The notes under the pieces were generated by a model, which was given only the letters and a program-made list of their open reading frames with translations, did no database searches and had not been told where the DNA came from. Source: Bryobacteraceae bacterium (GTDB lineage Bacteria > Acidobacteriota > Terriglobia > Bryobacterales > Bryobacteraceae). From it: DNA of 64,000 bases. Location: the NCBI GenBank assembly GCA_044226365.1, contig JBGAHE010000005.1:7088-71087 (forward strand), read 5' to 3'. The position numbers and the translations under genes are program-made. Shown in pieces: positions 9,362-18,470 of the stretch. Numbering within the stretch: the first letter of the stretch is position 1; each line of letters opens with the position of its first letter.

Positions 9362-11794
9362 TTACTTCACCACGATGTTCACCAGTTTGTCCGGCACGAC
9401 GATGACCTTGGCCACCTGCTTGCCGTCGAGCCACGGCGTCACCTTCTCGTCGGCCAGAGCGAGCCGTTCGAGTTCATCTTTGGCGGTTCCGAGCGGAACC
9501 TGAATGCGGCCGCGAAGCTTGCCGTTGACCTGCACGGGCACTTCTACGGCGTCCTCTTTGGCGAGTTCCGGATCGGCTTCCGGCCAGAGTTGACGGAAGA
9601 CGGGCGCGGGGCGTCCCAACTCTTCCCAAAGCTCTTCGGCGGTGTAGGGGGCGAAGGGCGCGAGCAGTTGCACCAGCACCGGCAGCACCTGCTGCATGGC
9701 GGTGCCGGACATGGAGCTTTCGAGCAGATAGAGCTCGTTGGTGAGTTCCATGAGGCCGGCAATTGAGGTGTTGAAATGCCAGCGCGAGTCGAAGTCGGTG
9801 GTGATCTTGGCGAGCGTCTGGTGGAGCTTGCGCAGCGCCTGGCGATCAGCGTCGGTGGGCTCGCCGCCCGAACGCTCGGCGTTGCGGGTGACAAAGCGAT
9901 AGATGCGGCCGATGGAGCGGAACGCGCCTTCGACGCTGCTCTCGTTCCAGTCGAGATCCTTTTCGGGCGGGGCCGCGAAGAGGATGTACATGCGGCACGT
10001 GTCGGCGCCGAACCTGGCGACCATCTCGTCGGGGTCGACGACGTTACCGAGACTCTTCGACATCTTGGCGCCGTCTTTGATGACCATGCCCTGGGTGAAC
10101 AGGTTGCGCACCGGCTCGTCGTTTTGGATGAGGCCGATGTCGCGCATCATCTTGGTCCAGAAGCGCGAGTAAATGAGGTGGAGAATGGCATGCTCCACGC
10201 CCCCGATGTACTGATTGATGGGGAACCAGGGCGCGACTTTCGCGGGATCGAAAGGAGCCTGGTCATTGTGCGGATCGGCGTAGCGATAGAAGTACCACGA
10301 CGAATCGACGAAGGTGTCCATCGTGTCGGTTTCGCGCTGAGCGGGCTCGCCGCACTTCGGACAAGCCACGTTGACGAATTCGGGGACGCGCTTGAGCGGC
10401 GACTCGCCAGCGCCGGTGATGTCGACGTCGAGGGGAAGTTTGACGGGGAGTTGCTCGTAAGGGACCGGCACGACGCCGCACGTCGGGCAATGCACGATCG
10501 GGATCGGCGTGCCCCAGTAGCGTTGGCGCGAAATGCCCCAGTCCTTGAGGCGATAGGTGATGGCGGCGTTACCGAAGCCGTTCGCCTCTGCGTACGCATT
10601 CATCTTCGTGCGCGCTTCGGCGGAAGGCAGTCCACTGAACTCACCGGAGTTCTCGACGATGCCATACTCGCCGAAGGCTTCGGTGACAGTCTCCGGCAGC
10701 GTTCCATCGACGGGACGAATGACGGCGCGGATGGGGATGCCGTACTTCGTGCAGAATTCGAAATCCCGTTCATCGTGCGCGGGGACGGCCATGATGGCGC
10801 CCGTGCCATAGCCCATCAGGACGAAGTTACCGATCCAGATCGGGACTTGCGCGCCGCTGAACGGGTTGACGGCATAGTGGCCAGTGAAGAAGCCGTTCTT
10901 CTCGACGTCGGCGGGGTCCTTGCGCGCCTGCTCGTCGATCATGGCCTTGAGGGCGGCCTGATCGGCGACCAAGCCGACACTGAGCGGGTGCTCCGGCGCG
11001 AGGATGACGCAAGTGGCGCCGTAGATGGTGTCGACGCGGGTAGTGAAGACGCGGATCTTCTGGGCGGTACCGGCGAGCGCGAAGTCGACTTCCGAACCGA
11101 CGGAACGGCCGATCCAGTTTTTCTGCATGGTCAGCACGCGCTCGGGCCAGCCGGCCTCGATTTGCTTCATGTCGTCGAGCAACGCGTCCGAGTAAGCAGT
11201 GGTTTTGCAGAACCACTGCTCGAGTTCTTTGAGGATGACCTTGGTGGTTTCGTGGCGCCAGCAGCAGCCATCCACCACCTGCTCATTGGCGAGCACGGTG
11301 GCGCATTCCGGACACCAGTTGACCTTGCTTTGCTTGCGATAGACAAGGCCGCGCTCGAACATCTTCAGGAAGAACCATTGGTTCCAGCGGTAGTATTCGG
11401 GGGTGCAACTGGCGATCTCGCGATCCCAGTCATAGCTGAAGCCCATGCGCTTCATCTGCACCTTCATGGCGGCAATGTTGGCGAAGGTCCACTCGGCGGG
11501 CGGCCGCTTGGACTTGATGGCGGCGTTCTCGGCGGGCATGCCGAAGGAGTCCCAACCCATGGGGTGAAGCACGTCGTAGCCGCGCATCCACATGTAGCGG
11601 GCCAAGGCGTCCCCAATCGAGTAGTTGCGCACGTGGCCCATGTGCAACCGGCCGCTCGGATAGGGCAGCATTTCGAGGACGTAATACTTCTTCTTATCCG
11701 AGGCCGAGTCGGCCCGATACAGGTCAGGCGACGCATCCCAGCGGGCCTGCCACTTTACTTCAATTTCTTGCGGATTGTAGGACTTTTCCGGCAT
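9362..11794 (-). CDS. leuS: Leucine--tRNA ligase
   Basis: 810 aa. HMGHVRNY (HIGH motif), [10 protein letters not shown] (KMSKS motif), and the typical N-terminus [14 protein letters not shown]. Confidence 0.97.
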   Translation of the reverse strand: MPEKSYNPQEIEVKWQARWDASPDLYRADSASDKKKYYVLEMLPYPSGRLHMGHVRNYSIGDALARYMWMRGYDVLHPMGWDSFGMPAENAAIKSKRPPAEWTFANIAAMKVQMKRMGFSYDWDREIASCTPEYYRWNQWFFLKMFERGLVYRKQSKVNWCPECATVLANEQVVDGCCWRHETTKVILKELEQWFCKTTAYSDALLDDMKQIEAGWPERVLTMQKNWIGRSVGSEVDFALAGTAQKIRVFTTRVDTIYGATCVILAPEHPLSVGLVADQAALKAMIDEQARKDPADVEKNGFFTGHYAVNPFSGAQVPIWIGNFVLMGYGTGAIMAVPAHDERDFEFCTKYGIPIRAVIRPVDGTLPETVTEAFGEYGIVENSGEFSGLPSAEARTKMNAYAEANGFGNAAITYRLKDWGISRQRYWGTPIPIVHCPTCGVVPVPYEQLPVKLPLDVDITGAGESPLKRVPEFVNVACPKCGEPAQRETDTMDTFVDSSWYFYRYADPHNDQAPFDPAKVAPWFPINQYIGGVEHAILHLIYSRFWTKMMRDIGLIQNDEPVRNLFTQGMVIKDGAKMSKSLGNVVDPDEMVARFGADTCRMYILFAAPPEKDLDWNESSVEGAFRSIGRIYRFVTRNAERSGGEPTDADRQALRKLHQTLAKITTDFDSRWHFNTSIAGLMELTNELYLLESSMSGTAMQQVLPVLVQLLAPFAPYTAEELWEELGRPAPVFRQLWPEADPELAKEDAVEVPVQVNGKLRGRIQVPLGTAKDELERLALADEKVTPWLDGKQVAKVIVVPDKLVNIVVK

Positions 11795-12630
11795 AGCTCT
11801 TTCAATTTCTCGAGATCCCGACGCTGGCCTTCCGCCGGCGTCTCCAGAATGAAGGCGGCGTGTTGGAGCCGGGGATGACGCAACAGCCGCTCGAAAGCGG
11901 CTTCGCCCAGCAGACCCTCACCGATGTGAGCGTGGCGATCCAGTCGCGATCCCAACCCACCCTTCGAATCGTTGGCGTGAAACACAGGCACTCGCTGCAG
12001 CCCCAATACCGAGTCGGCTAACTCAACAAACTGCGCCAGCCCGACCGCACTGGCCAAGTCGTAACCGGCAGCATAACTGTGACAGGTATCGAGACAGTAA
12101 CCAATCTCGAAGTCGAGACCGGCTTGCGCTTGGCGCCTGATTTCCGCTAGTTCTTCCAGTGTACTCCCCAGCACCGAGCCTTGCCCCGCCGTGTTTTCAA
12201 TCAGGAGTTGCAGCGAGCCGCGAAGGCCACGCGCCGCCGCGGTCATGCCGGCAGCGACGGCAGCAATGGTCTGTTCGCGGGAATATTCCTTGGCGCTACC
12301 CGGATGGAAGACCAGGTACTCGGCGCCGATGGTGAGGGCGCGTTCGATCTCGCCGCGGAAGGCCGCGATGGACTGCTCGCGCACGGCGGGGTCCTGAGAG
12401 CCCAGGTTGATGAGGTAGCTGTCATGGATGACGAGCGGGAAAAGGTCATGTGCCTCGCGCAGCCGCCGCAGTTCTACCACCGAAAGAAGCGAGACGGGAC
12501 GCACGCGCCACATCCGCGGCGAGGCAGAGAAAATCTGAAACGTGTTGGCGCCCAGTTTCATCGCTTCTAGAGCCGAGTTCTCGAGAGCGCCTGCCGTGGA
12601 GGTATGAAGTCCGATGCGCATTTTACTCAT
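11755..12630 (-). CDS. nfo: Deoxyribonuclease IV (endonuclease IV)
   Basis: [26 protein letters not shown] and [23 protein letters not shown] motifs. Start taken at MSKMRIG (12630) rather than the ORF-track 12747. The 3' end overlaps the leuS start by 40 nt. Confidence 0.9.
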   Translation of the reverse strand: MSKMRIGLHTSTAGALENSALEAMKLGANTFQIFSASPRMWRVRPVSLLSVVELRRLREAHDLFPLVIHDSYLINLGSQDPAVREQSIAAFRGEIERALTIGAEYLVFHPGSAKEYSREQTIAAVAAGMTAAARGLRGSLQLLIENTAGQGSVLGSTLEELAEIRRQAQAGLDFEIGYCLDTCHSYAAGYDLASAVGLAQFVELADSVLGLQRVPVFHANDSKGGLGSRLDRHAHIGEGLLGEAAFERLLRHPRLQHAAFILETPAEGQRRDLEKLKELCRKSPTIRKKLK

Positions 12631-13189
12631 GCTGAGTCTGCTGCCGGGGTGGGTGGTGGCCGCCGAGCAGCGCAATCTGCGCGTGGCACCGGCGCCGGGC
12701 ACGCACTTCACCCTGCAGGTGGAAAAGACGGGCCTGATGAGCGGCAAGAAACATGTTTTCGAGTTTGAACGGTATCGCGGGGTGCTGCAGCTCGATCAGG
12801 CGCGCCCCGAGAACTCGTCGATTCAACTGGAGATCGAAGCGCGGAGTGCCGTACTGAAGGACGACTGGGTGAGCGCCAAGGACGCGAAGAAAATTGCGGC
12901 GGCGGCGCAGATGGACATGATGGATTCGGCGAAGTATCCATTGCTGAAGTTTGTCTCCACCGGGATCACGGCGCAGGGCTCCGGCGCCTACGAAGTGCGA
13001 GGCGACCTGACGATCCGGAATGTGACGAAGCCGGTGGTGATTCACTTGACGGAGAAGGAGGGTGCTTGCGAAGGAACGGCGACGGTAAAGCTGACCGATT
13101 TCAAGCTGAAGCCGCCGTCGGCCCTGCTGGGGGCGATTGGCACCAAGGATGAGATGACGGTGAGCTTTCTAGTCCGGCCCGGGGCCTAA
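12614..13189 (+). CDS. YceI-like (polyisoprenoid-binding) periplasmic protein
   Basis: Signal peptide [18 protein letters not shown]. YceI-domain pattern: HVFEFERYRGVLQLD, YPLLKFVSTGI, YEVRGDLTIRNVTKPVV. Confidence 0.75.
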   Translation: MRILLMLSLLPGWVVAAEQRNLRVAPAPGTHFTLQVEKTGLMSGKKHVFEFERYRGVLQLDQARPENSSIQLEIEARSAVLKDDWVSAKDAKKIAAAAQMDMMDSAKYPLLKFVSTGITAQGSGAYEVRGDLTIRNVTKPVVIHLTEKEGACEGTATVKLTDFKLKPPSALLGAIGTKDEMTVSFLVRPGA

Positions 13190-13696
13190 CTCGCGGTGCG
13201 CGAGTTTGACGAAGTACTTCACTTCGCCTTCGAGATTCACCCGCGAGAGCCGGGCTTCCTTGATGAGCAGGATACTGGCGACGAACTGGCAAACAGCGCC
13301 GGAGATGCCGAGAATCAGCGGCAGCCAGCTCCAGTTCTCCATGGCGACACTGGCGACGGCAATGGCGACGCTGGAGGCCATGAAGATGCCGGAGGCAAAG
13401 TAAAGGAACACCAGCACCCGGGCCAGAATGCGCGCGCGCTGGGCCATGACGTTGATTTGGGCCATGAGGAACGTCTTGCGTTCCTCGGTCATATGATGCT
13501 CGGCCTGGTCAGCTTCGAGGGTGGCCGTGATCACGCGCATGCGGTCCACACAGCGGCCGAGGCGGTTGGAGGTCGACAGAATGAACGTACCGGTGGCGGA
13601 AATGAGCAGCGCGGGGGTGATCATCGCCGTGAGGACGGCGAGCGCGCTCGAAAGCGAGATAAACCGGGAGTTATTCAGAATTTCGGCGAAGTTCAA
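13169..13696 (-). CDS. DUF2721-like membrane protein
   Basis: AMITPALLISATGTFILSTSNRLGRCVDRMR matches the remembered DUF2721 core, with further TM helices. The 3' end overlaps the YceI gene by 21 nt (convergent). Confidence 0.6.
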   Translation of the reverse strand: MNFAEILNNSRFISLSSALAVLTAMITPALLISATGTFILSTSNRLGRCVDRMRVITATLEADQAEHHMTEERKTFLMAQINVMAQRARILARVLVFLYFASGIFMASSVAIAVASVAMENWSWLPLILGISGAVCQFVASILLIKEARLSRVNLEGEVKYFVKLAHRELGPGPD

Positions 13697-13743
13697 AACA
13701 CCATTTTAGCGTGGTCCCGTTTAATGCTCGAATAGAAGGAAGC

Positions 13744-15345
13744 ATGAAACTCGGCATCGATTTTGGCACTACGCGCATTGTCGTCGCCGCGGCGGACCGT
13801 GGCAATTACCCGGTGGTTTCCTTCGATACGAACGACGGCGAAACCCGGGACTGGTATCCGCCCACGATCGCTTTCGGGCCGGAGGGGATTCACTATGGCT
13901 GGCAGGCGGTGGGGCATCAAGGCGACCCCGAGTGGACGCTGATCCGGTCGTTGAAGCGGGAGTTGCACGGCGCGGGCCCCCATACGAGGTTGGAGGCGGG
14001 TGGACAGTCGGCACTGGTGATTGATCTGTTGGCGGGCTTGGCGGGAGCACTGGCCACGGCGTTGCGGGAACAATCCAATGCGGGGCTCAAAGCAACGGAG
14101 CCGCTGGAAGCGGTGCTGGGGATACCGGCGAATGCGAACTCGAATCAGCGCTACCTGACGGCCGAGGCTTTTCGACAGGGCGGATTCACGGTGCTCGGGA
14201 TGCTGAACGAGCCGTCGGCGGCGAGCGTCGAGTTCGCGCATCGGCATCGTCAGGACGGGCCGGCGAAGGAAGAGACCATTCTGGTTTATGACCTGGGCGG
14301 CGGCACGTTCGATGCTTCGATTCTGCGTACGGCGGACAAAGAAAACATCGTGGTGTCGACGGCGGGGTTGCCGCATTTCGGCGGCGACGACTTCGACGAG
14401 ATGATTGCCGAACTCGCACTCGATGAAGACCGGCGGCGCATACTAGACGCCAGCGAGACCTATCGGCTGCTGGAAGAATGCCGTGAGCGAAAGGAAGCGA
14501 TCAAGCCGACGACCAAGCGCATCAGCGTCGACCTGGAAGCGGTGCGCCCCGGCTGGGGCAGTGTGAACATCGCCGTGGGCCTTTTTGAAGGCGTCGCGCG
14601 GCCGCGCATTCAGCAATCGGTGGAAGTGGTGGAAGAACTGCTGAAGTCGTTGGGGCCGACCGCGACGATCGATGCGTTGTATGTGACGGGCGGCGGAAGC
14701 GAATTGCCGCTGGTATCCCGGATGTTGCGCGAGAGTTTTGGGCGCAGTGTGAAGAGATCTGCCTATACGCGCGCGGCGACGGCGATCGGGCTGGCGATTC
14801 ATGCGGACGATCAACCGGGCGCCATGGTGCGGGATCGCTTTGGCCGAGCGTTCGGAGTGTGGCGCGAGGCTGATCATGGCCGGCGCGCCTGGCTCGATGT
14901 GATCTTTGAACGGGGAACGACATTGCCGTTTGCGAAGCAGCCCCCGTTGGTGCGGGAGCGCCGTTATTACCCGGTGCACAACATCGGCCACTTCCGGTAT
15001 CTCGAGGCCGCGGACGTGAATCGCGACGGCGAACCAGCGGGGGATCTGGCGTTCTGGGACGAGATCCGCTTTCCGTTCGATCCGGCGCTGGCGAACCTGC
15101 CGACACTTGCGGCGATCGCCGTCGTGCACAGCGAAGTGGCGCAGCACCAGGAGATCCACGAACGCTTTATCTGCGACGCCAACGGCGCCGTTCGGGTGGA
15201 GCTTTCGAATACGACGGCTGGCTATACGCGGACTTACAACCTGGCCCGCTGGGGCCAAACCAACGAGACCATCAAGCCCGGGACGAAACGACGCCGCGCA
15301 CGCGGCGCGTCCACCGGGCAAACCAATGATGAGGAGAACCGATGA
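13744..15345 (+). CDS. Atypical Hsp70-family ATPase (actin-like NBD with a non-canonical C-terminal domain)
   Basis: IDFGTT (phosphate-1), NEPSAAS, VYDLGGGTFDASIL (phosphate-2), VTGGGSELPLV (adenosine motif). The C-terminal ~160 aa lack the DnaK lid and EEVD. ATG at 13744 (MKLGIDFG) preferred over GTG at 13711. Confidence 0.8.
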   Translation: MKLGIDFGTTRIVVAAADRGNYPVVSFDTNDGETRDWYPPTIAFGPEGIHYGWQAVGHQGDPEWTLIRSLKRELHGAGPHTRLEAGGQSALVIDLLAGLAGALATALREQSNAGLKATEPLEAVLGIPANANSNQRYLTAEAFRQGGFTVLGMLNEPSAASVEFAHRHRQDGPAKEETILVYDLGGGTFDASILRTADKENIVVSTAGLPHFGGDDFDEMIAELALDEDRRRILDASETYRLLEECRERKEAIKPTTKRISVDLEAVRPGWGSVNIAVGLFEGVARPRIQQSVEVVEELLKSLGPTATIDALYVTGGGSELPLVSRMLRESFGRSVKRSAYTRAATAIGLAIHADDQPGAMVRDRFGRAFGVWREADHGRRAWLDVIFERGTTLPFAKQPPLVRERRYYPVHNIGHFRYLEAADVNRDGEPAGDLAFWDEIRFPFDPALANLPTLAAIAVVHSEVAQHQEIHERFICDANGAVRVELSNTTAGYTRTYNLARWGQTNETIKPGTKRRRARGASTGQTNDEENR

Positions 15346-16109
15346 CGAAACTGGAAGGACCGAATGGTCCCTTGGAAAGCGCGCTGATTACGGGCGCGTC
15401 GCGCGGCATTGGCGCCGCCACGGCCCTAACTCTGGCGAGGGCCGGAGTGAGCCGCTTTTTACTGCAATTCAACTCTTTCCCGGAAGGCGCGGCGGAAGTG
15501 CAGGCTTCGCTGAAGGCACTGGGCGCCGAGGCGACCCTGGTGCAGGCGAATCTGGCCACCGAAGCGGGGATCACTTCCTTCTGCGCCGGACTGAAGCCGG
15601 AGTGGGACATCCTGGTGAACAACGCTGGCTCCCTGGTGAAGCGCGCGAAGCTGCTGGAGTACACGCCCGAGTTATTCGATGAGGTGATGAATCTGAACGT
15701 GAAGAGCGTCTACTTCATCGCCAAGGCGGTGGCGCCCGGGATGATCGAACGCAAGAACGGCGTGGTGATCAATGTGAGTTCGATCGCCGCGCGTAACGGC
15801 GGCGGGCCCGGCGCAACCGTCTATGCCGCCGCGAAGGCGGCGGTGTCGGCGATCACGAAGGGTCTCGCGAAGGAGTTGGCGCCCCAGGGCATTCGCGTCA
15901 ACGCCGTGAGCCCCGGCACGGTGGACAATCACTTCCACGAAGTGTTCTCAAACAAGCAGATGCTGGATAGCGTGGTGGCGCAGACGCCGCAGGGCCGGCT
16001 AAGCACGAACGACGACGTCTCCGACGTGGTGCTGTTCCTGTGCGCGCCGGGCTCGCGCTACATCCAGGGGCAGACGATCGAGATCAACGGCGGTATGTAC
16101 ATGGTTTAG
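15342..16109 (+). CDS. SDR-family oxidoreductase (FabG-like)
   Basis: TGASRGIGAAT cofactor motif, NNAG, SS...YAAAKAA catalytic triad region. The start overlaps the Hsp70-like stop (ATGA). Confidence 0.88.
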   Translation: MTKLEGPNGPLESALITGASRGIGAATALTLARAGVSRFLLQFNSFPEGAAEVQASLKALGAEATLVQANLATEAGITSFCAGLKPEWDILVNNAGSLVKRAKLLEYTPELFDEVMNLNVKSVYFIAKAVAPGMIERKNGVVINVSSIAARNGGGPGATVYAAAKAAVSAITKGLAKELAPQGIRVNAVSPGTVDNHFHEVFSNKQMLDSVVAQTPQGRLSTNDDVSDVVLFLCAPGSRYIQGQTIEINGGMYMV

Positions 16110-16114
16110 ACCGC

Positions 16115-16525
16115 TTAATTGGTCATTTCCAAATCCAGGGTCTGGTCCGACTTCAGGGCCGGATGCAGACCCAGGTGCAGTTCATGATTGCCGTGACCGG
16201 TGTGCAGTTGGAAGTGGCTGATCCAGCCGCGAAACTTCCAGACGCAGATCGTATCCTGCGCGGAGTCGTCGGTCCAGCATTCGATCTTCATGTCGACGAT
16301 GGCTTCTTCGGTGACGTGGCGCGAGAGTTCGTAAAGACGCTTAAGATTGGCGAACGGCAGATTCTGGTTGTCGTGCGCATCGACGATGATGTCGATGTTG
16401 GTGTGATGAGCGCCGATCTGCGGGCGGCCCGTGAAATCTTCCGGCGTCACCAGCCGCAAACTGGCTGAGAGCGACTTGAATTTGACGTCACCAATGGTCA
16501 CGGTGGCAATGGAAGGTTGAGACAT
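16115..16525 (-). CDS. Hypothetical small cytoplasmic beta-rich protein (weak resemblance to Bacteroidota-type TssD/Hcp tube proteins)
   Basis: 136 aa with no signal peptide or TM. A strong AGGAG RBS lies 6 nt upstream of the ATG and 11 nt after the upstream stop. The pattern VKFKSL...TGRPQ...IDIIVDA...WKFRGWISHF resembles the TssD layout from memory only. Confidence 0.6.
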   Translation of the reverse strand: MSQPSIATVTIGDVKFKSLSASLRLVTPEDFTGRPQIGAHHTNIDIIVDAHDNQNLPFANLKRLYELSRHVTEEAIVDMKIECWTDDSAQDTICVWKFRGWISHFQLHTGHGNHELHLGLHPALKSDQTLDLEMTN

Positions 16526-16536
16526 TCTGCTCCTGT

Positions 16537-17040
16537 TTATTCGCGAACGGTGATGCGGATGGAAACCATTTCACAGCGCTGAGCGACGGGGTTGTCCTGA
16601 AGATCGGTGATCAGACTGATCAACGAACGCATATCGTCGTTGCTGACGCGCAGGCAGCCCAGCGTCGGGTTGTAGCCGCTGAAGCGACCCGGCGAGCCGC
16701 CGTGAATTAAGAAGCCACTGCGATGGAAGACCTTCTCTGCCAGCAAGGCATCCCCGGCGACCGCCTTGAGGCGGATCGCGCCCCAGGGTCCGTAGCTGGA
16801 GGTGTTCCACTGATCGGTCGCGACGATGCCAGGACTGATGTAGTCGCCGGTGGGCGTGTTGCCCGCGTATTTGAAGGGATCGCGCTGGGGATTGCCCGTG
16901 GACTTGCCACCCACCGTGCTGGAGCCGCGACCTAGCACACGGAACTCGGCGGTTGGAACGCCGTCCACTTCCACGCGAATCGTGCCGAGGTGGTCCCGAT
17001 TCTTGGGCAGCAGGACATTCAGGTGGACATCACGCGGCAT
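16537..17040 (-). CDS. Leaderless L,D-transpeptidase-fold (YkuD-like) protein
   Basis: 167 aa from the ATG at 17040 (MPRDVHL). C-terminal signature IHGGSPGRFSGYNPTLGCLRVSNDDM (His-x15-Cys, TxGCxR). No signal peptide. The ORF-track start at 17409 lies inside the upstream gene. Confidence 0.7.
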   Translation of the reverse strand: MPRDVHLNVLLPKNRDHLGTIRVEVDGVPTAEFRVLGRGSSTVGGKSTGNPQRDPFKYAGNTPTGDYISPGIVATDQWNTSSYGPWGAIRLKAVAGDALLAEKVFHRSGFLIHGGSPGRFSGYNPTLGCLRVSNDDMRSLISLITDLQDNPVAQRCEMVSIRITVRE

Positions 17041-17084
17041 ACGGCTCAGGGTCCAGTTTAACCGGTCCGGTTTCGGGCAATGGG

Positions 17085-18404
17085 TTAGGGCTTGACGACG
17101 CTGCCGTCCATGGCACGATCGAGCGGGTAAGCGCCGCCGTTGGGCAGCGGGCCCGCACTCACGGCATGGCGCGCGGCAAGCGTTTCGTTGATGTCGATGC
17201 CTAGCCCCGGCTGGCCGCTGCCGTACAGATAGCCTTTGCGAATCTCGGCAGTGCCGGGCAGGATCTCGTAGACGGAGGGCGGGAAGTGGTTCTCCTCCTG
17301 AATGCCAAAGCCGGGGCTCGAGATATCCACGTGGTAAGCAGCAAGCTGATTGACCGGATCGTTCTCGCCGCCTTCCTGGAAGGCCGTCTTGGTGCCGAAG
17401 ACCTCGCACATCGTGGCGACTTTTTTCGCCGGCGTGATGCCGCCAATGCCGGAGACACGGCAGCGGACGTAATCAATCAGGCGCTCCGAGATGAGCGGCA
17501 GGTACTCGAAGGGGTGGGTGAACAGTTCGCCGACGGCTTGGGGTGTGGTGCAGACCTGGCGGATGTGCTTGTACCAGGAGACTTGCTCCGGAGCGAGCAC
17601 GTCTTCCACAAAGAGCATCTGCAGCGGCTGCAGGCGGCGGCAAAATTCGGCCGCGTTCATGCCGGTGAGATGCGAGTGCACGTCGTGGCAGAGCTTGGGC
17701 TCAAAACCGACCTTGGCACGCACTTCTTCGAACATCTTGGTGACTTTGTCTACGTACAGCTCTTCGTCAAAGGCCGGAAGATTGCGGGCACCTTCGGGCC
17801 GCGAACCCGAACCAGGACTAATGAAGCCGCCCCCGCCATAGCCGCCGAACTGAACGCGGATGTGGCGATAGCCACTGGCCAGGGACTTCTGGACAGCCTC
17901 GGCGGCTTCGCTCGCATCCTGACCGCCCACATGGTCATAGCAAGGGACGGCGTCGCGCACCTTGCCGCCCAGCAGTTCGTACACCGGCATCCCGGCGCGC
18001 TTGCCCTTGATGTCCCAAAGGGCCATATCCATACCGCTCAGAACGTTGTTGTTCACGGGGCCATTGCGCCAGTAGGTGCGGAGGTGGGCGCTTTGCCAGA
18101 GGTCTTCGATCTGGGCGACATTCTTGCCAATCAACCAAGGCTTGAGGTGGTTTTCAATGGCGGCGATGACGGCCTGGGTCTGGTAGGCGTTGTTGGCTGA
18201 ACCGATACCGTAGAGGCCCGGCTCCGACGTGAGGATCTTGACGAAGACCCAGCGGTAGCGGGCACCGCCGGTGGTGACAATGGTCTTGACGTCCTTGATG
18301 GTCAAGGGCGGTAAACCGTTGTTGCGCTTCTGCACCTCCTGGGCGACGACCGGGGGCACAGCGGGCAAGGCCAATAGCGACTTGGCGAAACTGCGACGAT
18401 CCAT
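17085..18404 (-). CDS. Enolase-superfamily dehydratase (D-mannonate dehydratase/RspA-like subgroup) with a twin-arginine signal
   Basis: MDRRSFAKSLLALPAVPPVVAQ Tat-like leader, then IEDLWQSAHLRTYWRNGPV and SGMDMALWDIKGKRAGMPVYELLGG. Alternative ATG at 18419. Confidence 0.8.
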   Translation of the reverse strand: MDRRSFAKSLLALPAVPPVVAQEVQKRNNGLPPLTIKDVKTIVTTGGARYRWVFVKILTSEPGLYGIGSANNAYQTQAVIAAIENHLKPWLIGKNVAQIEDLWQSAHLRTYWRNGPVNNNVLSGMDMALWDIKGKRAGMPVYELLGGKVRDAVPCYDHVGGQDASEAAEAVQKSLASGYRHIRVQFGGYGGGGFISPGSGSRPEGARNLPAFDEELYVDKVTKMFEEVRAKVGFEPKLCHDVHSHLTGMNAAEFCRRLQPLQMLFVEDVLAPEQVSWYKHIRQVCTTPQAVGELFTHPFEYLPLISERLIDYVRCRVSGIGGITPAKKVATMCEVFGTKTAFQEGGENDPVNQLAAYHVDISSPGFGIQEENHFPPSVYEILPGTAEIRKGYLYGSGQPGLGIDINETLAARHAVSAGPLPNGGAYPLDRAMDGSVVKP

Positions 18405-18470
18405 GCGGGAGTACTCCATACGGCGGGAAAGCCGACTGTACGATCTTAAAGGCCAGGGGCGCGAGAAAGC

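Noticed and set aside
9776-11878. 700-aa ORF on the + strand
   Set aside because: Entirely antisense to leuS, which has clear HIGH/KMSKS motifs. Its composition is Arg/Gly/Asp/Ala/Val-rich with no motifs, as is typical of GC-rich antisense frames.
16537-17409. 290-aa version of the LDT-fold ORF
   Set aside because: Its first 123 codons overlap the 3' end of the enolase-superfamily gene in another frame and are Arg-rich nonsense. The internal ATG at 17040 begins the recognisable domain.
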